Source: Candidatus Doudnabacteria bacterium (lineage in GTDB: Bacteria > Patescibacteriota > Doudnabacteria > UBA920). From it: 64,000 nucleotides of DNA. The number at the start of each line of letters is the position of its first letter. Positions within the stretch are counted from its first letter, which is position 1. A program made the translations under genes and the position numbers. The notes under the pieces are model-generated. The model did not search any database and was not told the DNA's origin. It saw only the letters and a program-made list of their open reading frames with translations. The DNA is taken from positions 13,079-77,078 of the forward strand of contig JAEUSF010000005.1 in the NCBI GenBank assembly GCA_016788665.1, written 5' to 3'. Shown here one piece after another: positions 38,284 through 49,164 of this stretch.

Positions 38284-39228
38284 ATGCAAAAAATTATTCC
38301 ACATCTATGGTACGACAAGGAAGCTAAAGAAGCAGCTGAATTTTATGTGTCCGTATTCCCCACCTTAAGCCCTGAACTAGAAAGCAAAATTACCTCATCG
38401 CAAACTTTAAAAAACACCCCTTCAGGCGACTGCGACATAATGGCCTTTAAAATTTGGGGATATAACTTTATATCTATAAGCGCCGGCCCTTACTTTAAGC
38501 TTAACCCTTCTGTTTCTTTTATGGTCAACTTTGACCCGAGCCAGGACCCAAGCGCAAAAACAAGAATAGACGGAGTATGGCAAAAACTTTCAGAAGGCGG
38601 ACAAGCTCTAATGCCGTTAGACAAATACCCTTTCTCCGAACGCTATGGCTGGATTCAAGACAAATTCGGACTTTCTTGGCAGCTCATACTAACCAACCCC
38701 CAAGGCGAAGAGAGACCGCTTATTATGCCAAGTCTTTTATTTACTAAACCGGTAAACGGCAAAACCAAAGAAGCAACCGACTTTTATATTTCGGTATTTA
38801 CCAACTCGCCTTACGCAAAAGAAAACCAAAATATGCGGGGCGCCTTGGCTTTGTATACCAAAGACACTCCCCATGAACCAGAAGGTTCGGTTATGTTTAC
38901 AGACTTTAAGCTTAACAACCAATGGTTTGTAGCCATGGACAGCTCGCTCGAACACAAATTTAATTTTAACGAGGCTGTTTCTTTACTTATACAGTGCGAA
39001 GACCAAAAAGAAATAGACTACTTCTGGGAAAAACTTTCCTTTGTCCCCGATGCCGAACAGTGCGGCTGGCTAAAAGACAAATTCGGAATCTCCTGGCAAG
39101 TTGCTCCAAAAAGAATGAGCGAAATGATGCAAACAGGCACACCAGAACAAATAGCCCGGGTCACTCAAAGTTTCCTTAAAATGAAAAAGTTTCAGCTGGA
39201 CGAACTCGAAAAAGCATTCCAAGGTTAA
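38284..39228 (+). CDS. tandem PhnB-like VOC domain protein
   Basis: Two copies of the PhnB-type N-terminus (IIPHLWYDKEAKEAAEFYVSVF and LLFTKPVNGKTKEATDFYISVF). Confidence 0.75.
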   Translation: MQKIIPHLWYDKEAKEAAEFYVSVFPTLSPELESKITSSQTLKNTPSGDCDIMAFKIWGYNFISISAGPYFKLNPSVSFMVNFDPSQDPSAKTRIDGVWQKLSEGGQALMPLDKYPFSERYGWIQDKFGLSWQLILTNPQGEERPLIMPSLLFTKPVNGKTKEATDFYISVFTNSPYAKENQNMRGALALYTKDTPHEPEGSVMFTDFKLNNQWFVAMDSSLEHKFNFNEAVSLLIQCEDQKEIDYFWEKLSFVPDAEQCGWLKDKFGISWQVAPKRMSEMMQTGTPEQIARVTQSFLKMKKFQLDELEKAFQG

Positions 39229-39269
39229 TTTAAAACCCCGTCTCCCTTTAAAGGGGACGGGGTTTTAGT

Positions 39270-42200
39270 TTATTTATATATTCGAGGGTCGTTATTTCTT
39301 AAAGGCTCCAACTTACTTTTATTCAGAATCTGCACGTCCGTATCGTTCATTTTAAGTATTTTATTTGCTTCGCCTCCGTTATTTAGAAAAATTTCCCAAG
39401 AAGGCACCGGTATCATACCCTGTTCGTGACTATAATAAACAGTCTTATTATTAAGCAACCAACTGCTCCAAGGATGCTCCCCTTGAGATGAAGATATTTG
39501 GTAAGTTTTAGCCGACTCATAAGCCGACACACTACCATTTACAACTTCGGAAAGCTTATAGCCAAACCCTCTGAAAGCAGGCAAGTTAGTAAATGCCACT
39601 TTGGTTTTTCCAATAATTAAAAATATTGTACCTTGGTCATTAACTAAAGTTCCAGTCCTATAGGGCAAAGCGGCGTTATACGAATTTGTTACAACCAGGC
39701 TTGTATTCTGTTTCTGGTTTAAGACTTCAGCAGCAATGGTACCCTTTAAAGTAAACCCGGACTCAGACTGACTAAAACTTTTAAGCGTGCGATTACTTTG
39801 CGTATTCACATATTCCTTATAGCTTTCAAAACTATGAAAAGGATACAATCCTTCGTCTTTTACCAAATATATAGTAGGCGAAGAACCAAACTTCACTATT
39901 TCCCCGGCCTTAACATTAGGTGGTAAAACAATACTAGCTACAACAGGCACAACTGGAGTGGAAGGGGTATTCACTACAGGACTGGAAGGAGTAGCAGGCA
40001 CAGAGGGAGAGGAAGGCGTAGAAGGAGCAGTCGGGTTGGTGCCCACAGCAACAGTTACAAAAGCTTGCTGGCTAGAAGTTGCTGTAAAACCACTTGAATC
40101 TCTAACAACAGCATAGTACTTATATATAGTAGAAGGACTCAGCCCGCTTAAAGTATTATGGAAGTTAGTAGAAAAAGTATTATTGTTTATACTCTGCCAG
40201 GTTGAAGCGCCGTTTGCCTGATAATACAAAGTTGCTACTGCTGCTTTGTTAGTATTAAAACTTACTTCAGCCGAAGAAGTAGTTTGTGACAAGGCACTTA
40301 AACCCGACACCGAAACGTCGGCAGTAGCATTTAAACCCAATTTATTCCAAGAAAGTTTCGCAGTGGCATTATAAGCATTCTCATAGTAATCAAGTCGAAT
40401 TTTATGCATACCGGCAGAAAGTTTTTTTACTGCCTTATAGCTAGTTGGAGACTGGTCAAACATTTTATCAAGCAACGCCTCGCCATCTACAAACAACCTC
40501 ATGCCATCGTCCGTAGTCATAGAAAATTCCCAATCCCCAGCCTCAAAACCAAAGTTACCTTGCCAGACTGCAGAAAATTGTTCAGGGTCTATCTCCGGCG
40601 CTGGCGTTCCATATCCCCATTCGTTATTAATAACACTTTCGTTTCTAGTAACCTTTAGATTTGTAAAATCCATATTATCATAGTAGCAACTCAAAAATTC
40701 ACCATTTGGAACACTGGAACCACAAGAGACTGGAGATGTAACAGGTTGATCTCCTAAAGTTGTAAAACTCTGCTGAGTTGATGTGGCTATATTCCCCGCC
40801 GCGTCTTTCACTACCACAAAATATTTATACTGTGTTCCGGAGTTAATAATACCAATAGGTATACTAAAATTTGTTTGAAGAACATTGGCATAAGAGCCAA
40901 ACCATGTATTACCACCTAATGGCTGATAATAAGTAACCGAAGTAGAATTTTCGTTTGTAGCATAATTTATTGTGGCTGTTTTGTTCGTGATGTTTACTGC
41001 GCTCAATGAAGAAATAATAGGTGCTATGGTATCAGAAGTTACCGGCGTGGGCGCCGGAACAACAGGAATAGGTGAAACCGGAGGCGGAGGTGGAAGCTGC
41101 GAAGCGCTAGTTTTTACGCCCGCTATTGCTGCATTTAAGGCGTCCGTATCTACACCAATATCTTTTCCATCTGTACCTGCATTTTTATAAGGCGAAGAGC
41201 CTGTTAATTTAAAGTTTCCATTCGAAGAATCTGTAAAACCAACCCCGCTAAAGTTTGTGACCAAAGTACCCGATGGATATCTATTTAACAAATTTTCGTT
41301 AGAAATATCTGCATCTGAAAATCTCGCGGATGTGTTAACTAACAAATTTTTTGCATATGTGTACCCTGGAAAATAAGTGTCCAAATAACCCTTTCCTTCC
41401 GTAACATTACCAAAGCCATAAGCAGACCTCTCAAATATGTTATTGGTCAAAGTTATATTTGGGTTCCTAACATTGTCTTCATAGTTCGTAAAAAATGTAT
41501 TGTATGTACTGAAAATTGTGTTGTGATTGAACTCAACATCTGAAGTGCCGTTATACATTTGTATACCTCGGCTTAACTCGTTTGTCCAAGAAGGTTCGTT
41601 ATAGAACAAGTTGTTCTCGATCTTAACCCTCTTAGTAACAGGAGTTAATTTGTTCCAATCGTTATAACTTTCGCTGCCTTGAAACATTATTCCCACTTCA
41701 ACATTTTTTATTAAATTGTTGGTTATGGTTATGTCTTGTGCAAAACAGTATGGACATCCTCCGTCTTGGTTTGAAGACTTAATTAAAAGACCGTACCCTA
41801 TCTGAGCACTCATCCAACTATTCTCGAAAATATTACTGTCTAACAGCACCCGTTGCATTGACTTAGTTTCAAATAAATTTTTAATCGCATACGTCTTTCC
41901 TGCAAAAGAGGGGTGCTTTGGATTCCAATAAGCCGGCTTAATAAAATAATTTTTTCTTATTTCAAAATCTGAAGGCACAACTCCGTAATATGCTTTACTA
42001 TTACTATCTGGGGTAGAGGCCAGAGCATCAAATGTTATATTATTACCACTAATTGACCTAACCGTTGTCCAATTAGCTTCTCCTGTTTTACCCCCAACAG
42101 TAAACATTATTCCCTGCCCAACCGCTAAGCCAGTTACGGAGGAAAGAGTAGCTGAACTTTTAGTAACCCCTGACATAACAGTCGGCTCATAATGCACAGA

Positions 42201-43073
42201 AGGGTCCGCTCCTCCGAACATAATATTTTCGCCACTTGCCTCTAAATAATTGTTTACAAATTTAAAAGGCCCGGCTGCATTCCAGCCCATAATAGCCTGC
42301 GTGTCTTGCCATGTACTTTGAATTTGTGAAATATGAGAGTCTACAACTGCGCAATTATTGCAATGCATGCGAATACCTCTTTTGGTTTCACTCGTCATGT
42401 CTCCGTGAATATATACCCGATCAAAAATTATATTTGTTGGCTGTTCTTCTACAAGCGCATCCACCCCATTACGAAGTTTAGACTGCCACCAATCACCCAA
42501 AACTACCAACTCACTAACAAACGACTCTGGAAATTGTTGAGTAATTTCCAGACCTATTAACCGATAGTTACTTGCGGCGGTCTTGGTCTGAATTACTGCA
42601 GCGTTAGAACCAGGACTTACCAGCTTAGCCATGAGCCCGGCATTGCTAGGCGAAACACGAGTTCCAGGACTAACAAAATTAGAATCAAGATTCGAAGTCC
42701 TAATAGTAAGCCAACCACTCCCACTAGTTTTTTTCGGCAAATAAAATGGACCCACGTAAGTCACGCCAGCTTGCACACAAATTGTGTCGCCAAGCTTGGC
42801 TGAATCTATAGCCGCCTGCAAGTCTCCCCCGCTAGCCACATTTACAGTGCAGGTATTTGCACCTGAAGGCATACTCGTATCTACATAAGCACGAGGAAGA
42901 CTAGGAGCAGTAGCGCCCAACACTTTTCCTATAGGCTTTGCCTGAGGCGCCTTTAATTGCTGTTTTTGGTAATACTCATAAACCTCTGCATAAGACAGGG
43001 CGAAGACTAAATGCGGAACCAGAAAAAACAAGCAAACAGCCGAAGCTGCCCTAACAACAATTTTATTTTTCAT
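39270..43073 (-). CDS. giant secreted right-handed beta-helix protein with FN3-like and PA14 domains
   Basis: 1267 aa with a signal peptide. PbH1-type repeats (NNLIKNVEVGIMF, NHNTIFST), Pro/Thr linkers, and a PA14 segment (GMRLFVDGEALLD...IRLDYYENAYNATAKLSW). Confidence 0.7.
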   Translation of the reverse strand: MKNKIVVRAASAVCLFFLVPHLVFALSYAEVYEYYQKQQLKAPQAKPIGKVLGATAPSLPRAYVDTSMPSGANTCTVNVASGGDLQAAIDSAKLGDTICVQAGVTYVGPFYLPKKTSGSGWLTIRTSNLDSNFVSPGTRVSPSNAGLMAKLVSPGSNAAVIQTKTAASNYRLIGLEITQQFPESFVSELVVLGDWWQSKLRNGVDALVEEQPTNIIFDRVYIHGDMTSETKRGIRMHCNNCAVVDSHISQIQSTWQDTQAIMGWNAAGPFKFVNNYLEASGENIMFGGADPSVHYEPTVMSGVTKSSATLSSVTGLAVGQGIMFTVGGKTGEANWTTVRSISGNNITFDALASTPDSNSKAYYGVVPSDFEIRKNYFIKPAYWNPKHPSFAGKTYAIKNLFETKSMQRVLLDSNIFENSWMSAQIGYGLLIKSSNQDGGCPYCFAQDITITNNLIKNVEVGIMFQGSESYNDWNKLTPVTKRVKIENNLFYNEPSWTNELSRGIQMYNGTSDVEFNHNTIFSTYNTFFTNYEDNVRNPNITLTNNIFERSAYGFGNVTEGKGYLDTYFPGYTYAKNLLVNTSARFSDADISNENLLNRYPSGTLVTNFSGVGFTDSSNGNFKLTGSSPYKNAGTDGKDIGVDTDALNAAIAGVKTSASQLPPPPPVSPIPVVPAPTPVTSDTIAPIISSLSAVNITNKTATINYATNENSTSVTYYQPLGGNTWFGSYANVLQTNFSIPIGIINSGTQYKYFVVVKDAAGNIATSTQQSFTTLGDQPVTSPVSCGSSVPNGEFLSCYYDNMDFTNLKVTRNESVINNEWGYGTPAPEIDPEQFSAVWQGNFGFEAGDWEFSMTTDDGMRLFVDGEALLDKMFDQSPTSYKAVKKLSAGMHKIRLDYYENAYNATAKLSWNKLGLNATADVSVSGLSALSQTTSSAEVSFNTNKAAVATLYYQANGASTWQSINNNTFSTNFHNTLSGLSPSTIYKYYAVVRDSSGFTATSSQQAFVTVAVGTNPTAPSTPSSPSVPATPSSPVVNTPSTPVVPVVASIVLPPNVKAGEIVKFGSSPTIYLVKDEGLYPFHSFESYKEYVNTQSNRTLKSFSQSESGFTLKGTIAAEVLNQKQNTSLVVTNSYNAALPYRTGTLVNDQGTIFLIIGKTKVAFTNLPAFRGFGYKLSEVVNGSVSAYESAKTYQISSSQGEHPWSSWLLNNKTVYYSHEQGMIPVPSWEIFLNNGGEANKILKMNDTDVQILNKSKLEPLRNNDPRIYK

Positions 43074-43365
43074 TTTGTTTCTCGACTTGAAGGCTATTTT
43101 GGCCGTCGGTCATTTAACGCTTTTAATTATTATAGCAAAAATAACCAATAAAATCAATAGCAAAATTAATGAATAGCCAAATTATTTTTGGGTTAAATAT
43201 AAACTAAAAAAAAATTTTTTGCATACAAAACTTTTATACAGAAAAAAATTTTAAAGCGCTTAATATTACCGAAATAAATTTATTTTTTCGAGTAATCCCC
43301 AGTTTTTTCATGCATAAGTGTTATAATGGCTAAAAGCTAAATTAACAAAACATTAAAGAAACAAA

Positions 43366-46344
43366 ATGAAAAAAAATCATTTTCTAACAGGCACGCTCCG
43401 ACTCTTGCTGGTGTCAATTTTTACAGTAGCAATTTTTGCCGCCTCGCAATCGGCTAAAGCCGCCTCTATCTATTTCGTAGACGGAGCAGCAAGTTCCTCT
43501 AGCGACACCAACACGGGAACAGAAAGTAGCCCGTGGAAAACGCTTCAAAGAGCCGCCTCAGCGCTTAAAGCGGGAGACAAAGTTATTGTAAAGCCTGCCC
43601 TCTACAAAGGAGATGTCGTTCCGGTTAATTCAGGCAGTTCTTCGGCTTACATAACCTACGAAGCCAGAGACGGTGCCACAATTGATGGCGCTGGTATCAA
43701 GATTAACCAAAAACAATATATAGAAATTGTCGGATTTAAAATTCAAAACACTTCCGGCGAAGGTATAACCATAGCCGGACCCAACGCAAGATTTATTAAC
43801 TTAAAAAATAACTACACTTGGAATACAGGTGGTTCCGGAATAGCTGTGTGGGGAAGAGCTTGGGGCAACGACCCGGCCGAATGCTCGTACGACTGCGCGA
43901 GTGACATTTTAATCGAAGGAAACAGAATCGAAAGAGCTAACAACGTTAAAATTGGCGGCGGTTACAATGAACACTTAACCGTTGCCAGCGGCGTAAAAAG
44001 AATTACCATCCGAAAAAATATTTTAACAGCAGGCCCTATGCCGCAAGCTGGCTTTGAAGCCATAAGCGGGGGCGAAGGTATAGACTTAAAGGAAGGGGTG
44101 ACAGACGCCTGGGTTTACGAAAATGAAATTCATGACATGGTTTACTGTCGTTATGGAATTTACATAGATGCCGGAGGCTCCACTTGGGGTTACCCAGAGA
44201 CATACAAAACAACACCAGGCTGGATGCGCAACATAAATGTTTACAATAACAAAGTTTATAAAAATGACGGCCATGGAATTGGTATAGTTTCCGAAGGCTC
44301 GGGCAACATGGACGGCGTATATGTCTACAATAACCTTGTTTACCAAAACGGAAACGATGGCATATTGGTTTATGACTGGGGACTTACCGGCAAAACTAAC
44401 CCCCCGAAACCCCTGCCCACGGCAGCTAACATATACATATTTAACAATACTGTCTACAAAAATGCCCAAATTCGGAATTGGTATGGCGGTATTGCGTTGG
44501 ACCATAAATTTGCGACCAATGTTGTTATTAGAAATAATTTAACATTTGGAAACCCTTCCAACATAAGAAGGTACAATGTACCGACCGCAACCCAAATAGA
44601 CAACAATTTGGAAACAAACGGATTAGTTACCAGCGCCGACTCCGGAGACTTTTCTTTACCTAGTAGTTCCGCAGCTATAGACAAAGCTTCCTCAAACTTA
44701 CCTATTAATCTAACGTTTGATTTTAACAAAACCCAAAGACCCTTTAACTCAAAATTCGATGTCGGGGCTTTTGAATATTCGTACGTTCCCCCAACAGCAC
44801 CTTTAAATCTGGTCACCAATAACACATCCGCACTATCCAACAACACCATATACCTTTCCAACCTAGCCCCAGTAAAAACAACCAACGGCTGGGGCCCTTA
44901 CGAAAGAGACATGTCAAACGGCGAACAAGCCGAGGGTGACGGAAAAACTATTACATTAAACGGCGTAACATACCAAAAAGGCATAGGTAGCCACGCTCTC
45001 GCAGAAATAACTTACAACATACCTTCCTACTGCTCTGCCTTTATGTCAAGCATTGGCGTCGATGATGAAGTAGACTCTAGGGGTAGTGTTGCTTTTCAAG
45101 TGTACGCAAACGGCGGAAAAATTTTTGACAGCGGAATTATGACAAACTTAAGTCCGACTCAAAATATTAACATACCTTTAAATAACATTACCGTTTTACA
45201 GCTAGTCACTCAAAACGGCGGTGATGATTATGGTTCAGACCATGGCAGCTGGGGCGACGCCAGGATTATTTGTATTCCGCCTGTTCAAAATACAAATATA
45301 AATACAAGCATAGGAATAAACCAGCCCTCCCCTGCTATCATTACTGCGCAACCTGGTAAATCTTTTGCCTTAACTTACAACTGGAATGGCGGCCCTACCA
45401 CCCAAAACTACACAGCGTTTGTACATTTTATAAATTCCGCCAACGCTGTCATATTTCAAGACGACCATATTCCCACAATTAACACCAAGCAATGGCAAGG
45501 CGGTAAATTCTCATACATAAGAACAATTACCTTACCTTCAAACTTACCCGCAGGTACATATAAAATTATGGCCGGGTTATATGACCCCGCTACCGGAGCC
45601 AGACTTGCTCTAACTCCAGGGAGCGGCGTCATTACCGATACCACCGAAGGCCAAAGATACCACATAGCGACCCTAATAATTCCTTCTTCAACCCCACCTC
45701 CCCCTCCGGTTGTTCCCCAGGGTCCCTGGACGGCTCAATACTACAATTGGACTTCTGCAAATGACTACTTCAAAACCTTACGGCTGACAAGAACAGACGC
45801 AGCAATTAACTTTGAGTGGGATATGAATTCTCCAGCCAATGGAGTGACAAACGAAAAATTTGCAGTCCGCTGGACAGCTGACCTAAACTTCCCTGTCACT
45901 GGTACCTACAACTTTTCAGCCGAGACGGATGATGGCATGAGAATATGGATAGACAATGTACTGGTCCTAAATAAATGGCAAAACCAATCTACAACATATA
46001 GATTCTCTCACAACTTAACCCAAGGCAAGCATAATATTAAAGTAGAGTACTATGAAAACACTGTGGCAGCAAAAGCCAAACTTTCATGGACCTTGGGCAA
46101 TGTAGCAGGCGCCCTAACCCCGGTTAAAATAACTCAAAATCTTTCTAAAGGTTTTGGTATAAACTCAGGCCAAGTTCTTGCCCTACAGCAATACCTGCGG
46201 CAAAATGGTTACCTGTCTGCGGAACCTAATGGAGTATTTGGAAAGCAAACCGAAGAAGCTGTAAAAAAACTCCAAAGGCAATACAATATAAATCCGACAG
46301 GTATAGTCGGACCACTTACTAGAAATATTATAAACACTAAATAA
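43366..46344 (+). CDS. giant secreted beta-helix protein with NPCBM-like, PA14 and C-terminal peptidoglycan-binding domains
   Basis: 992 aa with a signal peptide. Beta-helix repeats; NPCBM-like segment (NGVTYQKGIGSHALAEITYNIPSYCSAFMSSIGVDDE); PA14 (GMRIWIDNVLVLNKW...VEYYENTVAAKAKLSW); PG_binding_1-like tail. Confidence 0.7.
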   Translation: MKKNHFLTGTLRLLLVSIFTVAIFAASQSAKAASIYFVDGAASSSSDTNTGTESSPWKTLQRAASALKAGDKVIVKPALYKGDVVPVNSGSSSAYITYEARDGATIDGAGIKINQKQYIEIVGFKIQNTSGEGITIAGPNARFINLKNNYTWNTGGSGIAVWGRAWGNDPAECSYDCASDILIEGNRIERANNVKIGGGYNEHLTVASGVKRITIRKNILTAGPMPQAGFEAISGGEGIDLKEGVTDAWVYENEIHDMVYCRYGIYIDAGGSTWGYPETYKTTPGWMRNINVYNNKVYKNDGHGIGIVSEGSGNMDGVYVYNNLVYQNGNDGILVYDWGLTGKTNPPKPLPTAANIYIFNNTVYKNAQIRNWYGGIALDHKFATNVVIRNNLTFGNPSNIRRYNVPTATQIDNNLETNGLVTSADSGDFSLPSSSAAIDKASSNLPINLTFDFNKTQRPFNSKFDVGAFEYSYVPPTAPLNLVTNNTSALSNNTIYLSNLAPVKTTNGWGPYERDMSNGEQAEGDGKTITLNGVTYQKGIGSHALAEITYNIPSYCSAFMSSIGVDDEVDSRGSVAFQVYANGGKIFDSGIMTNLSPTQNINIPLNNITVLQLVTQNGGDDYGSDHGSWGDARIICIPPVQNTNINTSIGINQPSPAIITAQPGKSFALTYNWNGGPTTQNYTAFVHFINSANAVIFQDDHIPTINTKQWQGGKFSYIRTITLPSNLPAGTYKIMAGLYDPATGARLALTPGSGVITDTTEGQRYHIATLIIPSSTPPPPPVVPQGPWTAQYYNWTSANDYFKTLRLTRTDAAINFEWDMNSPANGVTNEKFAVRWTADLNFPVTGTYNFSAETDDGMRIWIDNVLVLNKWQNQSTTYRFSHNLTQGKHNIKVEYYENTVAAKAKLSWTLGNVAGALTPVKITQNLSKGFGINSGQVLALQQYLRQNGYLSAEPNGVFGKQTEEAVKKLQRQYNINPTGIVGPLTRNIINTK

Positions 46345-46407
46345 AATACTTTTTCAGGCCTTGGAAAACCCAAGGCCTGTTTTTTTATTGCAGCTATTTG
46401 AAAAAAA

Positions 46408-46815
46408 TTAACTAATTACCTGAGTACAAAAGGCACAACGTTTTGCATCTTTAGGAACTTCACTCAAACATTCAGAGCATTTTTTTGTTGCTGGATCCGA
46501 AGGCGCTTCCCTACGGGCTCGAGAAACCAAAGCGTTAACCGGCTTTACCACAAAAAAGAAAATTGCAGCCGCGACTAACACAAAAGAAATTAGCGCATTT
46601 AAAAAATTGCCGACCAAGAATTTACTTCCATTCAGCGTAAAAAACAAGCTCGAAAAATCTGGCACCTTGGCTACAGCAGCAATTAAAGGTGTAAATAGCC
46701 CGGTTACCAAAGCATTCACAACAGTACCAAACGCAGCTCCGATTACTACTCCCACAGCCAGGTCTACCACGTTACCTCTGAGTAAAAATTGTTTAAATTC
46801 TTTTAGAATTGTCAT
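46408..46815 (-). CDS. mscL: large-conductance mechanosensitive channel MscL with C-terminal CxxC-x13-CxxC tail
   Basis: FKQFLLRGNVVDLAVGVVIGAAF. C-terminal KKCSECLSEVPKDAKRCAFCTQV. Confidence 0.85.
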   Translation of the reverse strand: MTILKEFKQFLLRGNVVDLAVGVVIGAAFGTVVNALVTGLFTPLIAAVAKVPDFSSLFFTLNGSKFLVGNFLNALISFVLVAAAIFFFVVKPVNALVSRARREAPSDPATKKCSECLSEVPKDAKRCAFCTQVIS

Positions 46816-46865
46816 AAAACTTATAAGGGGTTAATTTAATCTAAATATAATACACTAGTCCTATT

Positions 46866-47837
46866 TTGGCAAAACTTGTAAAAACACCACTTCGCACAAA
46901 TGACCAAATCCGCTATAATAGTTCTAAATTTAATTACTGCTTTTACCTTATGCAACACCAAATAATTTTGTTTTACAAATACGCTCATATAACGAACCCG
47001 GAACAATTAATGCGCGAGCAAAAAGGATTACAGGAATCTTTGGGTATAAAAGGACGAACCTTAATAGCCAAAGAAGGTATAAATGCCACCATGGAAGGTA
47101 CCGAAGAAAATATAGAAAAGTATTTAAGACACCTCCTTTCTGACCCACGGTTCGAGAAAACTCACATAAAAAAAAGCCCGGGAACAGGTAATGCTTTTTC
47201 TAAAACAATTGTTAAGGTAAAACCGGAAATTGTAAATTTACAACTTGGCTCATGCGACTTAGACCCAAATAAGCTAACCGGCAAAAGACTTAGCCCCGAA
47301 GAATTGCATAACTGGCTAAATAGCGAAAAAACCTTTTATATAGTAGACATGCGGAATGCCTACGAACACCAAGCCGGCCATTTCAAAGACTCCATTCTCC
47401 CCCCCATGGACAACTTTAGGGACTTGCCCAAATTTATTGAATCACTTGCACACTTGAAAGAGAAAACCGTACTCACTGTATGTACCGGAGGAGTCAGGTG
47501 TGAAAAAGCTTCTGGCTATTTAGTGCAAAATGGTTTTAAGGACGTATGGCAGCTAGACGGCGGTATTGTTAGTTATATGGAAAAATACCCTAACGAAGAC
47601 TTTTTAGGCAAACTTTATGTTTTTGATACCCGCATGCTGATGGGTTTCTTTACCGATGACCCAAAACACGTTGTGGTCGGCCGCTGCTTAGTTTGTAAAA
47701 CGCCCAGTGAACGTTTTACAAACTGTGTGATTAGTTCATGCCACAGGCAAGTAATTGCCTGTAAAGAATGCGAAGAAAAACTGGGGAATAATTTTATATG
47801 CCCACAAGGCTGTAAACAAACCACCAGAAAACAATAA
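46866..47837 (+). CDS. trhO: rhodanese-domain protein TrhO/YceA family (tRNA U34 hydroxylase-like)
   Basis: FYKY N-terminal motif, rhodanese CTGGVRCEKAS, and a C-terminal Cys cluster. The start is either TTG at 46866 or ATG at 46950. Confidence 0.75.
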   Translation: MAKLVKTPLRTNDQIRYNSSKFNYCFYLMQHQIILFYKYAHITNPEQLMREQKGLQESLGIKGRTLIAKEGINATMEGTEENIEKYLRHLLSDPRFEKTHIKKSPGTGNAFSKTIVKVKPEIVNLQLGSCDLDPNKLTGKRLSPEELHNWLNSEKTFYIVDMRNAYEHQAGHFKDSILPPMDNFRDLPKFIESLAHLKEKTVLTVCTGGVRCEKASGYLVQNGFKDVWQLDGGIVSYMEKYPNEDFLGKLYVFDTRMLMGFFTDDPKHVVVGRCLVCKTPSERFTNCVISSCHRQVIACKECEEKLGNNFICPQGCKQTTRKQ

Positions 47838-47952
47838 ATTTAAATTAACCCACTGCCAATATATAAGTGCTCGGGTTAATTTTTTTGCAATGGTTTGCAC
47901 GTATGATTTTTTTGCTGCAACGAAGTCTTTATTCTTAAAAGCAAAAACATAT

Positions 47953-48777
47953 ATGAGACCATATAAATCCCTTCTGGCTTTAAAGCTTTTTTTGACACTC
48001 GTGACACTTTTAAGCCTGCCTTTCGGCTCCCCCAGCACTTCCAGAGCCTTCGATAAAACTTTACCCAGAGTAATGTCCGTCAGCCAAAATGCTGAGCAGA
48101 CAGAAAAAACAAACCAGCTCGCACAGACCGCAAGTCCCGCCGTAGTTCTTATAAGAGTGTTTTCCGAAATTCCGGTATATAGAATTAAATTCAGCTATCA
48201 GGATAACGAGCTTAAAACTAACCCAATACAAGTGGGTACCCGTTTAGAGGAGACCTCTTCGGGTAGTGCTTTTTTTATTCGTAACAACGGATACCTACTA
48301 ACTAACTACCACGTAATATCTGACAGTACTAGCCAATTTATAGCCGAAATTAGCGAAACAGAAAAACTTTCTGCTCATATTGCATATACGGACCCAGAAA
48401 ATGATCTGGCCATACTTAAAGTGGATGGGGGAAATTTTCCTTCACTTACTTTGGGTAACTCCTCGGAGGCTAGCGTGGGAGAAAACATTGTGGGCATAGG
48501 AAATGCCCTTGGAATAATTACCGATTCGGTTTCGCTGGGAAAGATTTCCGCTCTCAAACAAAACATAATAATTAGTTCTGAAAGCGGAATGGATTTAAGT
48601 TTAAACGGCCTTCTGGAAACCAATTCCAAACTCTATCCCGGGGACTCCGGTGGACCATTACTCAATATGCAAGGACAGGTAGTAGGAATAAATGTTGCCA
48701 CTACAATTGGAGCAGATACCAGCTACTTTATACCCATAAATATGGCGAAGGAAATTATTATCAAAGCCGGCATATAA
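47953..48777 (+). CDS. secreted trypsin-like serine protease (S1C/HtrA-like, no PDZ)
   Basis: Signal peptide from the ATG at 47953. Catalytic triad: His in TNYHVI, Asp in DLAILKV, Ser in GDSGGPLL. Confidence 0.8.
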   Translation: MRPYKSLLALKLFLTLVTLLSLPFGSPSTSRAFDKTLPRVMSVSQNAEQTEKTNQLAQTASPAVVLIRVFSEIPVYRIKFSYQDNELKTNPIQVGTRLEETSSGSAFFIRNNGYLLTNYHVISDSTSQFIAEISETEKLSAHIAYTDPENDLAILKVDGGNFPSLTLGNSSEASVGENIVGIGNALGIITDSVSLGKISALKQNIIISSESGMDLSLNGLLETNSKLYPGDSGGPLLNMQGQVVGINVATTIGADTSYFIPINMAKEIIIKAGI

Positions 48778-48822
48778 AACAAAACGCCTCAACATATGAG
48801 GCGTTTTGTTTTATTGCCAAAA

Positions 48823-49080
48823 TTAGAATATTAAATTTACTACCGCTAAAACCAAAATCGCTCCCACGACCGCTATAAAAAAACTAAACAATCCTGTCGG
48901 CCTCTCAGCACCCGGCGCGCTTCCCACACCCAACTTGTCAGCTAACCAACCACCCAACATAGCGCCCGCTATACCAACTAAAATATTAGCCACAAGGCCC
49001 ATAGAAGCGTCTTGCCCGACTATCAGGCTAGCCACCCAGCCGGCCAACCCCCCAAAAACTATCCAAAGTAGTAAGTTCAT
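48823..49080 (-). CDS. GlsB/YeaQ/YmgE family transglycosylase-associated protein
   Basis: MNLLLWIVFGGLAGWVASLIVG...GGWLADKLG. Confidence 0.8.
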   Translation of the reverse strand: MNLLLWIVFGGLAGWVASLIVGQDASMGLVANILVGIAGAMLGGWLADKLGVGSAPGAERPTGLFSFFIAVVGAILVLAVVNLIF

Positions 49081-49164
49081 AAACTTATAGCTTAATAATA
49101 TTCTTAACACAACTGCCAGCAGTTTAGAACCGCAAACTTAAAATATTATTAAAGCAAAAGCATT

